Source: Alphaproteobacteria bacterium
GTDB lineage: Bacteria > Pseudomonadota > Alphaproteobacteria > Rs-D84
Reading direction: 5' to 3'
NCBI GenBank assembly: GCA_046881825.1
Contig: JBKSMS010000011.1
Coordinates: 8,604-72,603 of the forward strand
DNA: 64,000 nt
Within the stretch, counting starts at the first letter, position 1. Every line of letters starts with the position of its first letter. Under the pieces are notes generated by a model that did not search any database, was not told the DNA's origin, and saw only the letters and a program-made list of their open reading frames with translations. Positions 1-8,565 of this stretch are shown here, piece by piece. Made by a program: the position numbers and the translations under genes.

Positions 1-844
1 ACATCAGATTGGAATGGATGGTCGCATACATACAACTTATTTGCAGACCAGCACTAATACGGGGCGTCTGTCCAGCCGTAACCCAAATTTACAAAACATT
101 CCCATAAAAACAGAACTGGGCGAAGAAATAAGGAAATGTTTTGTTGCAGAACCTGGGCACACTTTGATTGCGGTTGATTATTCGCAAATTCAACTGCGAT
201 TATTGGCAGAAGTTGCAAATGTCAAAATGTTCAAAGATACTTTTAATGCAGGCCAAGACATTCATGAACAAACTGCACGAAAAATCTTTAAGATTCCGGA
301 CAGCACGATTGTTCCAAAAGACTTGCGTCGCGCGGCAAAAACAATAAACTTTTCAATTATATACGGAATATCCGCGTTTGGATTGGCAAACCAATTAAAT
401 GTTTCCCGCGAAGAAGCAAAAAGAATAATAGATTCTTACATGGCGGGTTTACCAGAAATTAAAAACTATATTGAATACATAACAGAATTTGTCTTGAAAA
501 ATCATTGTGTTTACACCCCATGGGGGCGTAGAATTGAAATCCCAGAAGCCGCCAGTCCCCGTATGCGTGGATACGCAACCCGTGCGGCAATTAATGCCCC
601 TATTCAGGGATTCGAAGCAGATATAATGCGTCGGGTTATGGTTGAAATATACGATAAAATTTGCGCACCCAATACAGACAAAATAAAAATGATTCTTCAG
701 GTTCACGATGAAATCATATTTGAATGCGAAGAAAAATCGGCAAACCATTTTGCAGATTTAATTAAATCTACAATGGAAAATGTGGCTAAATTGTCTGTGC
801 CATTAATTGCCGAAGCAATAATTTCCCCTGTGTGGGATAAGTAA
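1..844 (+). CDS. polA: DNA polymerase I, C-terminal polymerase domain (5' end cut by window edge)
   Basis: Reading frame is open to the window start. Family-A polymerase motifs are present: RIHTTYLQTSTNTGRLSSRNPNLQNIP, DYSQIQLRLLA, KTINFSIIYG, QVHDEIIFE. Confidence 0.95.
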   Translation, partial: HQIGMDGRIHTTYLQTSTNTGRLSSRNPNLQNIPIKTELGEEIRKCFVAEPGHTLIAVDYSQIQLRLLAEVANVKMFKDTFNAGQDIHEQTARKIFKIPDSTIVPKDLRRAAKTINFSIIYGISAFGLANQLNVSREEAKRIIDSYMAGLPEIKNYIEYITEFVLKNHCVYTPWGRRIEIPEAASPRMRGYATRAAINAPIQGFEADIMRRVMVEIYDKICAPNTDKIKMILQVHDEIIFECEEKSANHFADLIKSTMENVAKLSVPLIAEAIISPVWDK

Positions 845-852
845 AATTTCAC

Positions 853-888
853 AAAAAAACACCGCCCGAACGGGCGGATGTTTTTTTA
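853..888. terminator. Bidirectional intrinsic terminator between polA and the convergent Cys-rich ORF
   Basis: A-run, then CACCGCCCG-AA-CGGGCGG stem, then T-run. Confidence 0.7.
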
Positions 889-918
889 TTTCAGTTACTT
901 TTATTTTGCAGCAACATT

Positions 919-1545
919 TTAATCAATTTCCGATGATATAACACAATTATTGGTGACAGGATTGATATAAACTGTGGTTTTGTCCGCAAAAAAAGCATCT
1001 GCATTTAAAATTTGTTTAACAAAATCACATTTTGACCCAGATACTTTACATTCAAAACCGTATCCTTCTTCCACTTTTGATATTTGTCCTCCTAATGCAT
1101 TCTTGCAAATAGCATTTTTGAATCCGCCTGTTTGTTGTGCATATTTTTCAAAATTTTCTGTTTGTCTTTCATATGTATTATCACTTGCGCTAGCAAACTT
1201 AAATACTTTTAAATCTTTCCCCGTACACCATACAAATGTTCCATCTGTATGAGAAGGTTCACAATCAAGCCCATGGACTCTCGCATATATTCTCACTAAA
1301 GGTTTCCATTCATTATAAAAAATAGAGTAAACATTCTCAAAAGTTTTCCAATTACAATATTGAGAATAAGTTCCTGTTTCGTCTAAACACGGGTTTCTAG
1401 GCACACAGTATTCATTACTTTCATCCCATAATAACTCATCACTCGCTTCGCAAGCTGCTTTAATTTCTGCCATATCAATTTCAGTAGCAGTTGCCTGTAT
1501 CACTGTAACCAGTATCGCGGTTATTCCAAACATTATATTTTTCAT
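919..1545 (-). CDS. Secreted 10-Cys hypothetical protein
   Basis: 208-aa ORF with a signal-peptide-like N-terminus (MKNIMFGITAILVTVIQATA). RBS-like AGGAGAAAAA lies upstream. It is the last gene of a three-gene minus-strand unit. No domain recognised. Confidence 0.65.
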   Translation of the reverse strand: MKNIMFGITAILVTVIQATATEIDMAEIKAACEASDELLWDESNEYCVPRNPCLDETGTYSQYCNWKTFENVYSIFYNEWKPLVRIYARVHGLDCEPSHTDGTFVWCTGKDLKVFKFASASDNTYERQTENFEKYAQQTGGFKNAICKNALGGQISKVEEGYGFECKVSGSKCDFVKQILNADAFFADKTTVYINPVTNNCVISSEID

Positions 1546-1566
1546 TTTTTCTCCTTTTTTACATGA

Positions 1567-1953
1567 TTATCCCGCACAAGAACACCCTGATGGCGCCTTG
1601 CCAAATTTGCATAACAAAGCACAATTATCATCTTTTTTTTCTTCGTGCGTTTTGTTGATTATTACTCGTTCATTACCAAAAGCTCCGTTCTCGCTGCCTT
1701 TGTTATTTAACTTTTGTGATAATTTTATATTACCGTATACACCTACACCAGTGGCGACCAATGTGGTAAGTCCCGCGATTTTAAATCCTTTGGTTGATTT
1801 TTCACATTTCTGAAGTGCTTCGTATTTCGTGTCACGTTCATTCGTCAAATCAATAATTTGATTGTCCAGTATTTGATTACGCATTTCTAAATCATTGTTC
1901 GCACTTGCAGCAATTGGGAACAAAAACAAAAACACGGCGATTATTTTTTTCAT
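1567..1953 (-). CDS. Small secreted coiled-coil / glycine-zipper protein (paralog of 1950-2312)
   Basis: Signal peptide MKKIIAVFLFLFPIAASA, a heptad-like region, then QKCEKSTKGFKIAGLTTLVATGVGVYGNI and a C-terminal Cys cluster CALLC...CSC. The start overlaps the upstream stop (ATGA). Confidence 0.6.
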   Translation of the reverse strand: MKKIIAVFLFLFPIAASANNDLEMRNQILDNQIIDLTNERDTKYEALQKCEKSTKGFKIAGLTTLVATGVGVYGNIKLSQKLNNKGSENGAFGNERVIINKTHEEKKDDNCALLCKFGKAPSGCSCAG

Positions 1954-2312
1954 TTGCTATCACCTTTGTCCGATTGTTTTTCTTCTGATTTTTGTTTTGC
2001 CTTTACTGTTTGCACAATTGCGGCGGTCCCAGTTGCAGCAACACCAACCCCGCCAACAACAGTGGCAGCAACCCAACCCTTTTTGGCTTTTTCACATCTT
2101 ATAGTTTCAGAATCTATTTGCGCGATTTCTTCTTTTAATTCGCGGATAAGTTGTTCTTTGTATTGAATTTGTTCGGCAAGATTATTATCGGAAAATGCAG
2201 GGAATACACAAGTTGACAAAAAAATGCTTAGCAGGAAACTACATGTGTGTGTGTGTAGGTTTCTGCGGTTTTCAGCGCATTGACCTATTTTTGATACACA
2301 TTTTTTGTCCAT
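1950..2312 (-). CDS. Small secreted coiled-coil / glycine-zipper protein
   Basis: Same layout as the downstream neighbour: hydrophobic N-terminus, coiled coil, RCEKAKKGWVAATVVGGVGVAATGTAAIV, Lys-rich tail. There is a 4-nt overlap with the next gene. Confidence 0.55.
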   Translation of the reverse strand: MDKKCVSKIGQCAENRRNLHTHTCSFLLSIFLSTCVFPAFSDNNLAEQIQYKEQLIRELKEEIAQIDSETIRCEKAKKGWVAATVVGGVGVAATGTAAIVQTVKAKQKSEEKQSDKGDSK

Positions 2313-2360
2313 TTTGCTCCCTCTTTTTTTTGTATTATATCATATTTTTTATTCATTTGC

Positions 2361-2397
2361 AAAAAAAACACCGCCCGATTGGGCGGATCTTTTTTTT
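2361..2397. terminator. Bidirectional intrinsic terminator
   Basis: A8-CACCGCCCGATTGGGCGG-T8. Nearly identical to the terminator at 853-888. Confidence 0.7.
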
Positions 2398-2406
2398 CAG
2401 TTACTT

Positions 2407-2829
2407 TTATTTTGCAACAGCATCTTTTGCTGGTTCTTCTGTTTTTTCCGCCACAGTTTTGCAACTTACAACTGCATACATTTCTTCTGCATTATCTTTA
2501 TTCATTGGTTTTACCATTGTCCGATAATGGAATTTTTCTACACATTCATCAATATTACCATATTTACCAAAAACAACTTCTACATATGTGTTTTCTTTAT
2601 CTGCATTCACATCGTCCCAAACTAAACTGCCACCTTCAAAAAACAATGCCGTTGGTGTTTGTTTTTTAATTTCAGCAAAACGGTCCATATTAGATGGGCA
2701 TTTATAAACCAAATGTGTTTTCGTGGTATCAACGCGTTCACAACCCGCAAAATCTGCATCATGTTTCGCAGTATCCATACCACATGCAGCCAAAGCTAAT
2801 ACCGAACCTAAAACCAATAATTTTTTCAT
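2407..2829 (-). CDS. Lipoprotein, hypothetical
   Basis: Start chosen at MKKLLVLGSVLALAAC (lipobox LAAC) behind a strong AGGAG RBS. The track ORF extends 13 codons further upstream. Confidence 0.7.
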   Translation of the reverse strand: MKKLLVLGSVLALAACGMDTAKHDADFAGCERVDTTKTHLVYKCPSNMDRFAEIKKQTPTALFFEGGSLVWDDVNADKENTYVEVVFGKYGNIDECVEKFHYRTMVKPMNKDNAEEMYAVVSCKTVAEKTEEPAKDAVAK

Positions 2830-2902
2830 ATTATTCTCCTTTTTGTTTTTTATGAAAACCTTGTTCAAAAATATGCTAGATTATTTTTACATAAAATACA
2901 AC

Positions 2903-2934
2903 AAAAAAAACACCCACAATCGTGGGTGTTTTTA
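2903..2934. terminator. Intrinsic terminator after the dsbA-like gene
   Basis: A-run, ACACCCAC-AATC-GTGGGTGT, T-run. Confidence 0.65.
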
Positions 2935-2951
2935 ACTTTTTTTTCAAAGAA

Positions 2952-3770
2952 TTATTTCAAAGCTTCGATAATTTTCGCATATGGAATTGCGCCAGGGAAA
3001 GCTTTGTCACCAATGATTAAGTATGGTGTTCCGCTGATTTCAAAACGTTGTGCCAATTCACGAACATTTTGCAATTCTGCTTTAACTGTATCGCCTTCCA
3101 TATCAGCTTCCAATTGTTTTGTATCTAAGCCTGCTTCTTTTGCCAACTTCATAACATTAGCATGAATCTTTTCTGGCAATTTAGCCTGGTCTTTCATATC
3201 GTCTTGTGTGTAATATTCTTTTACCATCAACAATTCATCCAATTTTGCAGCTTTGGCATTGTCTTGGATTTTAGCAGCGATAACTGCTTTTGCCGGGGCA
3301 TCAGATAATGGACCATGGATAGAAAAGTTTTTCAAAACAAGGCGAACATCGTCACGTTCTTTCAACACACGTGCCAATTCAGCATGAACACGACGGCAAT
3401 ATGGGCAAGAATAATCAGACCACAAGAAAATTGTTTTCTTGGCATCTACATTACCCGCGATTGGTGCACTACCAATCATTTCGTCTGCATGTTTAGCAAC
3501 ATATTTACGAACGACTTTGTTCTTTTCTCGTTCTTGTTGAGCTTGCATGTTTTGCACCATTTCTTGCAAAATCGCAGGATTTGTATGCAACAAATATGCA
3601 GGTGTGAACAAACGGCATACGCTGAACGCAATCAAAACAATTGCGATAACTGAAATGCCCTTGCTTGCGAAAGTATCCCCAGCAACTTTTTTACCGTCTT
3701 GTTTGCCAGCAAACATATACAGCGCAATCGCCGCTAACAGGATAAGTACAGTGATAATTGTCCAAATCAT
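2952..3770 (-). CDS. Membrane-anchored DsbA-family thiol:disulfide oxidoreductase
   Basis: N-terminal TM helices and a thioredoxin-fold active site, FLWSDYSCPYCRR (CPYC). RBS AAAGGAG. Confidence 0.85.
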   Translation of the reverse strand: MIWTIITVLILLAAIALYMFAGKQDGKKVAGDTFASKGISVIAIVLIAFSVCRLFTPAYLLHTNPAILQEMVQNMQAQQEREKNKVVRKYVAKHADEMIGSAPIAGNVDAKKTIFLWSDYSCPYCRRVHAELARVLKERDDVRLVLKNFSIHGPLSDAPAKAVIAAKIQDNAKAAKLDELLMVKEYYTQDDMKDQAKLPEKIHANVMKLAKEAGLDTKQLEADMEGDTVKAELQNVRELAQRFEISGTPYLIIGDKAFPGAIPYAKIIEALK

Positions 3771-3845
3771 AATTTTCTCCTTTGTAAGTTGAACAAAGGG
3801 ATATTAGAAAAAAAAACTTAAACTTGCAACAAAAAAAAGAAGAAA

Positions 3846-4493
3846 TTATAACATTTTTCTGCTTGCCGGAATTTCAATACCATGCATATCACAAACATTG
3901 CCAACAAAACGTTTTGTCACATTTAAAGTTATCGGTAATTTATATAATTTATCAGCATACGGCGCACCACAATCACAACAAACTGCCCGCCCAGTCTTTG
4001 GCGAAATATAGCAAAGATTTTCTGTTTTTTGACATCCAGAACATTTTGTTAAATCCAGCGCATACCCCAAATCGCGCAACAAATCCATTTCCCAATTTAA
4101 ATACAAATCATACGGCTTATCTGCCGTTGGCAAATTCGATAACAAATCAAAAGTTTTTTGATAAAGATGTTCATAGGATTCGCGTTCTGGGACCAACGCA
4201 ACAATCAAAGAAAAAACAGCATTCATTATTTTCAATAAATCAGCATTTAACATCAATGATGCTGATAAATTTTTTTCATTTTCAAAATGGAACACGCCCA
4301 GCTGAGAATCAAGGCGCGCATTCCATGACACACGTCCATATTGTCCCACCAATGGTTTATTTTTCTTTGCAACCACTGCGCCACGCAACATACCGACCAA
4401 TATACCATTGTCAGGTGTAAAAATATGTGCAACACAATCGCGTTCTGAAAAAGCGCGCAGATTTACCAAAATACCATTTGTTTCAATTTGCAT
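3846..4493 (-). CDS. recO: DNA repair protein RecO
   Basis: Start taken at MQIETNGILVNLRAFSERD. OB-fold N-terminus and a C-terminal zinc motif, CSGC...CCDC. The upstream extension in the track overlaps the preceding gene. Confidence 0.85.
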   Translation of the reverse strand: MQIETNGILVNLRAFSERDCVAHIFTPDNGILVGMLRGAVVAKKNKPLVGQYGRVSWNARLDSQLGVFHFENEKNLSASLMLNADLLKIMNAVFSLIVALVPERESYEHLYQKTFDLLSNLPTADKPYDLYLNWEMDLLRDLGYALDLTKCSGCQKTENLCYISPKTGRAVCCDCGAPYADKLYKLPITLNVTKRFVGNVCDMHGIEIPASRKML

Positions 4494-4554
4494 ATCTTTA
4501 TTATATAAAGAATATAAAAGTTTCAAAATAAAAATCGCCAAACGGCGATTTAAA

Positions 4555-5967
4555 TTACTTTGCAATAAATCTGTTAAAAGTTTTTTCATGAACCTTTACT
4601 GGATAAGTATGCTTTAAAAATTGAGTATAATCATCTGTCACAAAACGCACAGACATTTTTTCCAATTCTTTGCGCAAAGATTCCTTCTTTGCTTTGTCTT
4701 CTTTTGGCATCGTTGTTTTGCCAATATTCATGACATAAAAAGCATCACCGTCTTCGACCATAACATTATCGCCCATCTTGCCCGCAAACGCAGCATTCAG
4801 TACGACCAATGGCGCGCCTTCGGTTCTGGTCACAGCAACATTTTTAAAGTTCTTAACATCATTATCTTTGTTCAGCGCAATCAGTTTTTCATTTGCCTTT
4901 ACATAAGCCTGTTTGCGTTGTTCTGCCTTTTTCCACGCACCAACCAAAGATTTTTTAACATCATTAAATTCGGCATTATGTTGCGGATGAACTTCATCAA
5001 CACGTAAAATCACAAAGCCTTCTTTTAATTCCAGCAATTCACTTTCCGTGCCGGAATCCATCGCAAACAATTTAGCAATTAAATCACCAGATAAAATTTT
5101 ATCATCCACCTTTTTACCACGTTCAATCTTTGCAAGCTTGACATATTTAGCACCATGCTTTTCCGCAGCAGTTTTCATAGAATCCCCGGAAATAATCATG
5201 TCTTCGATTTGTTGAGTAACCTTGAATTTTTCATCATAAATATCAGGTTTATTCATATCAGCAGCAACAAACACATACGATACTGTTCGCGTTTCTGGCA
5301 CAACCTGTGGATTTTGAGCATAATAAGATTTCAATTGTTCTTCGGTTGCATCCCCTACTTTAAAATCAGCAAATTTCACAGTTGTATAATTCACATCACG
5401 TTTTGCGTAACGTGCATTATATGCCGCGTCCACCGCAAAATTCGGCATAGACAACGGAACATTCATCGCACCCAAAGTCATCCCGCGCAAAATATCACCG
5501 CGCAAAGAATTTGCGATTGCTTCTTCACTCATACCAGAACTTTGTAATAACATATCAAATTTCCATGTAGAAAATTGACCGTTTTCTTGGAATTCTGGAT
5601 AAGATTTAATTTCATCAGCGATTCGTTTATCAGATACAACAAAGCCCAAATCGTTCGCACGATTTAACGCCAATTGATCAATAGTTAATTTAGACATCAC
5701 CGCATTAGTTAGCGCAGCCGATTTTGCCGGGTCAGCATAAGTTGCCCTTTGTTCATCCTTGGACATTTGGGACAATTGACGCGATTTTTCATTATTAAAA
5801 TGTTGCACAGAAATATCAGCATCACCAACACTAAGCAATGTAGCATCACGACTGGAACTACCAAAAATCCATTCAGCAGCACCCCAACCGACGAAACTGA
5901 AAATCAAAATAAACATTAAAACCTTTGCCAACGGTTTGTCAGCAGCATTACGTAAATATTCTAGCAT
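4555..5967 (-). CDS. PpiD-like periplasmic chaperone (SurA_N / PPIase-like, membrane anchored)
   Basis: Start at MLEYLRNAADKPLAKVLMFILIFSFVGWGAAEW, typical of the PpiD N-terminus, with RBS AAGGTGA. The longer track ORF overlaps tpiA on the other strand. Confidence 0.8.
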   Translation of the reverse strand: MLEYLRNAADKPLAKVLMFILIFSFVGWGAAEWIFGSSSRDATLLSVGDADISVQHFNNEKSRQLSQMSKDEQRATYADPAKSAALTNAVMSKLTIDQLALNRANDLGFVVSDKRIADEIKSYPEFQENGQFSTWKFDMLLQSSGMSEEAIANSLRGDILRGMTLGAMNVPLSMPNFAVDAAYNARYAKRDVNYTTVKFADFKVGDATEEQLKSYYAQNPQVVPETRTVSYVFVAADMNKPDIYDEKFKVTQQIEDMIISGDSMKTAAEKHGAKYVKLAKIERGKKVDDKILSGDLIAKLFAMDSGTESELLELKEGFVILRVDEVHPQHNAEFNDVKKSLVGAWKKAEQRKQAYVKANEKLIALNKDNDVKNFKNVAVTRTEGAPLVVLNAAFAGKMGDNVMVEDGDAFYVMNIGKTTMPKEDKAKKESLRKELEKMSVRFVTDDYTQFLKHTYPVKVHEKTFNRFIAK

Positions 5968-6031
5968 TTTTTCACCTTTTGCGATACCATAGCAAAAAAG
6001 ACAACAAAAAATCAATAAAAAAGGAAGAAAA

Positions 6032-6718
6032 ATGAAATTCATAGTTGCTAATTGGAAAATGAACGGGACAGTTGCTAAAAAAGACACTATGTTCAAAGAG
6101 TTATCAAAAACAAAAACGAAAAACAAAATCATTATGTGCATGCCGTTCACTTTACTTGGTGGCGAAAATCAAGGCATTACAACAGGCGCCCAAGATGTCA
6201 GCAATCACGAAAACGGCGCATATACAGGCGACATTTCCGCGACAATGTTAAAAGAAATGGGCGCACAATATGTTATTGTTGGACACAGCGAACGCAGATT
6301 ATACCACAATGAAACAAACGAATTGGTTCGCGCAAAAGCAACCATGGCAATTAAAAGTGGAATCATACCCATAGTATGCGTTGGTGAAACAATGGAAGAA
6401 AAAAATGCGGGGCACACCATATCTGTTATCAAAAAAATGTTATTGGAAAGTATCCCGGAAAACGGGGAATACATTGTTGCTTATGAACCGCGTTGGGCGA
6501 TTGGTTCAGGACTTACCCCAACAACGAACGAAATTGTAACGGCTGTCAAAGCAGTATTTGATAGCCTGCCCGCCCCCATGCCAATTCTTTACGGTGGCAG
6601 TGTTAATTCAGATAATGCACGCGACATAGTATCGATACCATATGTTGCCGGTTTATTAATTGGTGGTGCGTCCTTGAAAAGCGATACATTTTTACCTATA
6701 ATAAAATCAATCAACTAA
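6032..6718 (+). CDS. tpiA: Triosephosphate isomerase
   Basis: ANWKMNG, IVGHSERR, AYEPRWAIGSG and GGASL motifs. Confidence 0.95.
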   Translation: MKFIVANWKMNGTVAKKDTMFKELSKTKTKNKIIMCMPFTLLGGENQGITTGAQDVSNHENGAYTGDISATMLKEMGAQYVIVGHSERRLYHNETNELVRAKATMAIKSGIIPIVCVGETMEEKNAGHTISVIKKMLLESIPENGEYIVAYEPRWAIGSGLTPTTNEIVTAVKAVFDSLPAPMPILYGGSVNSDNARDIVSIPYVAGLLIGGASLKSDTFLPIIKSIN

Positions 6719-6747
6719 ACATATAATAAGATCAAACAGGTAAAATC

Positions 6748-7272
6748 ATGCAAGATAAAAAAGAAAACATAAAAGAAACAGAAATAGAAACCGTATCGAT
6801 TAACGATACTAAACCAGAAATATCCACCGATAAGCAAAACGAAATTATCGAACAATTAAATGGCAAAATAATTGAATTGAACGATAAATATTTGCGAACC
6901 GCGGCGGAATTGGAAAACACGCGTCGTCGCGCTGCGTTGGATGTTGAATCTGTATCCCGCAATCGTGCAATGGGGGTTGCTGAAAAAATATTGCCTGTGA
7001 TGGATGCTGTTCAATCAGCATTAAAACATAATCCAGAAGATGATGGGATAAAATCTATGCAACGTGCATTAGAAAATGCATTTGCACAAATTGGAATTAC
7101 AAGAATAGAAAGTATCGGCGAAAAATTAAACCCACAATTTCATAATGCAATTCAAATTGTGGACAAACCAAACGATAAAACCGAAACAAATACCATTGTC
7201 GAAGAATTACAAACTGGCTATATGTTCGGCGATACAATCTTAAGAACAGCAATGGTTGTCGTGTCGAAGTAA
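6748..7272 (+). CDS. grpE: Nucleotide exchange factor GrpE
   Basis: Coiled-coil N-terminus plus YLRTAAELENTRRR and a C-terminal beta domain (GYMFGDTILRTAMVVV). Confidence 0.95.
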   Translation: MQDKKENIKETEIETVSINDTKPEISTDKQNEIIEQLNGKIIELNDKYLRTAAELENTRRRAALDVESVSRNRAMGVAEKILPVMDAVQSALKHNPEDDGIKSMQRALENAFAQIGITRIESIGEKLNPQFHNAIQIVDKPNDKTETNTIVEELQTGYMFGDTILRTAMVVVSK

Positions 7273-7380
7273 ATAAGGTACCAGCACCATGAAATATTAC
7301 ATAAGAAGAACGAACAGGGAAACGGGCAAGGTTTGGAAAGCTTTTTGTGAAGAAAAGAATGGCGAATATGATCTGTTAAA

Positions 7381-7407
7381 AACAACCGCCCAAAATGGGC
7401 GGTTGTT
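7381..7407. terminator. Bidirectional intrinsic terminator
   Basis: AACAACCGCCC-AAAAT-GGGCGGTTGTT. The hydrolase stop codon lies at the stem edge. Confidence 0.65.
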
Positions 7408-8488
7408 AATTTATTTGCGCGTCAACCATTGGGCGGGTTTTAACAGTATCCAGTGGATGCTTTTGATACATAACATTTGAAAAATCTATGTTGTTTAAAT
7501 CAAACTTTCGAATAATCGGATTATACATTGTTGTATAATAAATTTTGTTATTCGTCATATCTGTCACAGATGTCCATTGTGTAGCCGACGGTATGTTCGG
7601 AATTTTTGTTTTATCACTATATTGAATACCAATTGGAATTGTCATCGCTTCCAAAATTGTAAAAGCTTGTGTGACTGCCCCTTCTGCCGTAGCCGACACA
7701 GGTGCGGTTGTTTGATAAAATGCAGCTCTTACAAATCTTGATGGTGGTGTCACATCACCAGGTAATCCCAACATGCCAGAACCATGCCCGATTGGTGACA
7801 AATTTATATCACCAAATTCATGCGCATCAATACTGCCCGCCTGTAAATTGATATAGTTGTTCAAATTGGTTATATGCCAGTCATATCGCGGTGAATTAGT
7901 CAAAACACCTAATTTGTTTTCGTTTACTGTTGCGATACCATCTATGTATTCTATGACTATCTGACGCCCAAATTTATCAGCCACACGCCAATGCAAATTT
8001 TCCGCACGTGAATCTGTCGCAACTACGCGCACACCCGGCAACGCAGAAATTACATCTTCGACATTTTCAAAAGAACCCAGTATCCACGCAACAAATTCAG
8101 TATCTGAAATCGTCACATCTTTTTGTTCTGGATCATATTTTGGGTAAGAGCCCACTTTTGGAAAATAAAACAGACCCGCAGACAAACCTGCTTCGTTCAA
8201 TCCTTCGATAACATAATCTTCGGATGCCAAACCAACATAGCCATAAAACGCAGTATATTTCATTCCACCACGTGTGCCATCTGGCAACATAGATTGCTTT
8301 TCAAAACCTTCGGGAACTATTAAATAATCACTTGGGCTTTCGCCATTTGCCCATTCAATAGTTCGTGCAACTATGTTTGCCCCATCTTTGGATGTTAATG
8401 AAATTCCTGTACAAGAATCAGCTTGGTTGATAACACCAACAGTCGCCAATGTCATCATAAAATAAAGATTTAATTTTTTCGTTTTCAT
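7406..8488 (-). CDS. Secreted choloylglycine hydrolase family Ntn-hydrolase (bile-salt hydrolase / penicillin V acylase-like)
   Basis: Signal peptide followed by the nucleophile Cys (NQADSCTGISLTSKDG). Family-like blocks RTIEW, NEAGLS, LTNSP. Start at MKTKKL. Confidence 0.85.
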   Translation of the reverse strand: MKTKKLNLYFMMTLATVGVINQADSCTGISLTSKDGANIVARTIEWANGESPSDYLIVPEGFEKQSMLPDGTRGGMKYTAFYGYVGLASEDYVIEGLNEAGLSAGLFYFPKVGSYPKYDPEQKDVTISDTEFVAWILGSFENVEDVISALPGVRVVATDSRAENLHWRVADKFGRQIVIEYIDGIATVNENKLGVLTNSPRYDWHITNLNNYINLQAGSIDAHEFGDINLSPIGHGSGMLGLPGDVTPPSRFVRAAFYQTTAPVSATAEGAVTQAFTILEAMTIPIGIQYSDKTKIPNIPSATQWTSVTDMTNNKIYYTTMYNPIIRKFDLNNIDFSNVMYQKHPLDTVKTRPMVDAQIN

Positions 8489-8536
8489 GTTTTTATTTTG
8501 CCATAAAAACAATATGAAAAACATAAGAACCTATTC

Positions 8537-8565
8537 CAAAAAACCGCCAATGTTGGCGGTTTTTA
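8537..8565 (-). terminator. Intrinsic terminator of the large autotransporter gene
   Basis: AACCGCCAA-CAT-TGGCGGTT followed by a T-run on the minus strand. Confidence 0.65.

Noticed and set aside
4494-6150. Upstream extensions of the recO ORF (to 4589) and the ppiD-like ORF (to 6150).
   Set aside because: The extensions overlap neighbouring genes (the ppiD-like 3' end, and tpiA on the other strand). Internal ATGs with RBSs give canonical N-termini.
7289-7480. A 63-aa plus-strand ORF after grpE.
   Set aside because: It reads through the bidirectional terminator and into the convergent hydrolase gene, and it has no independent stop before the hairpin.
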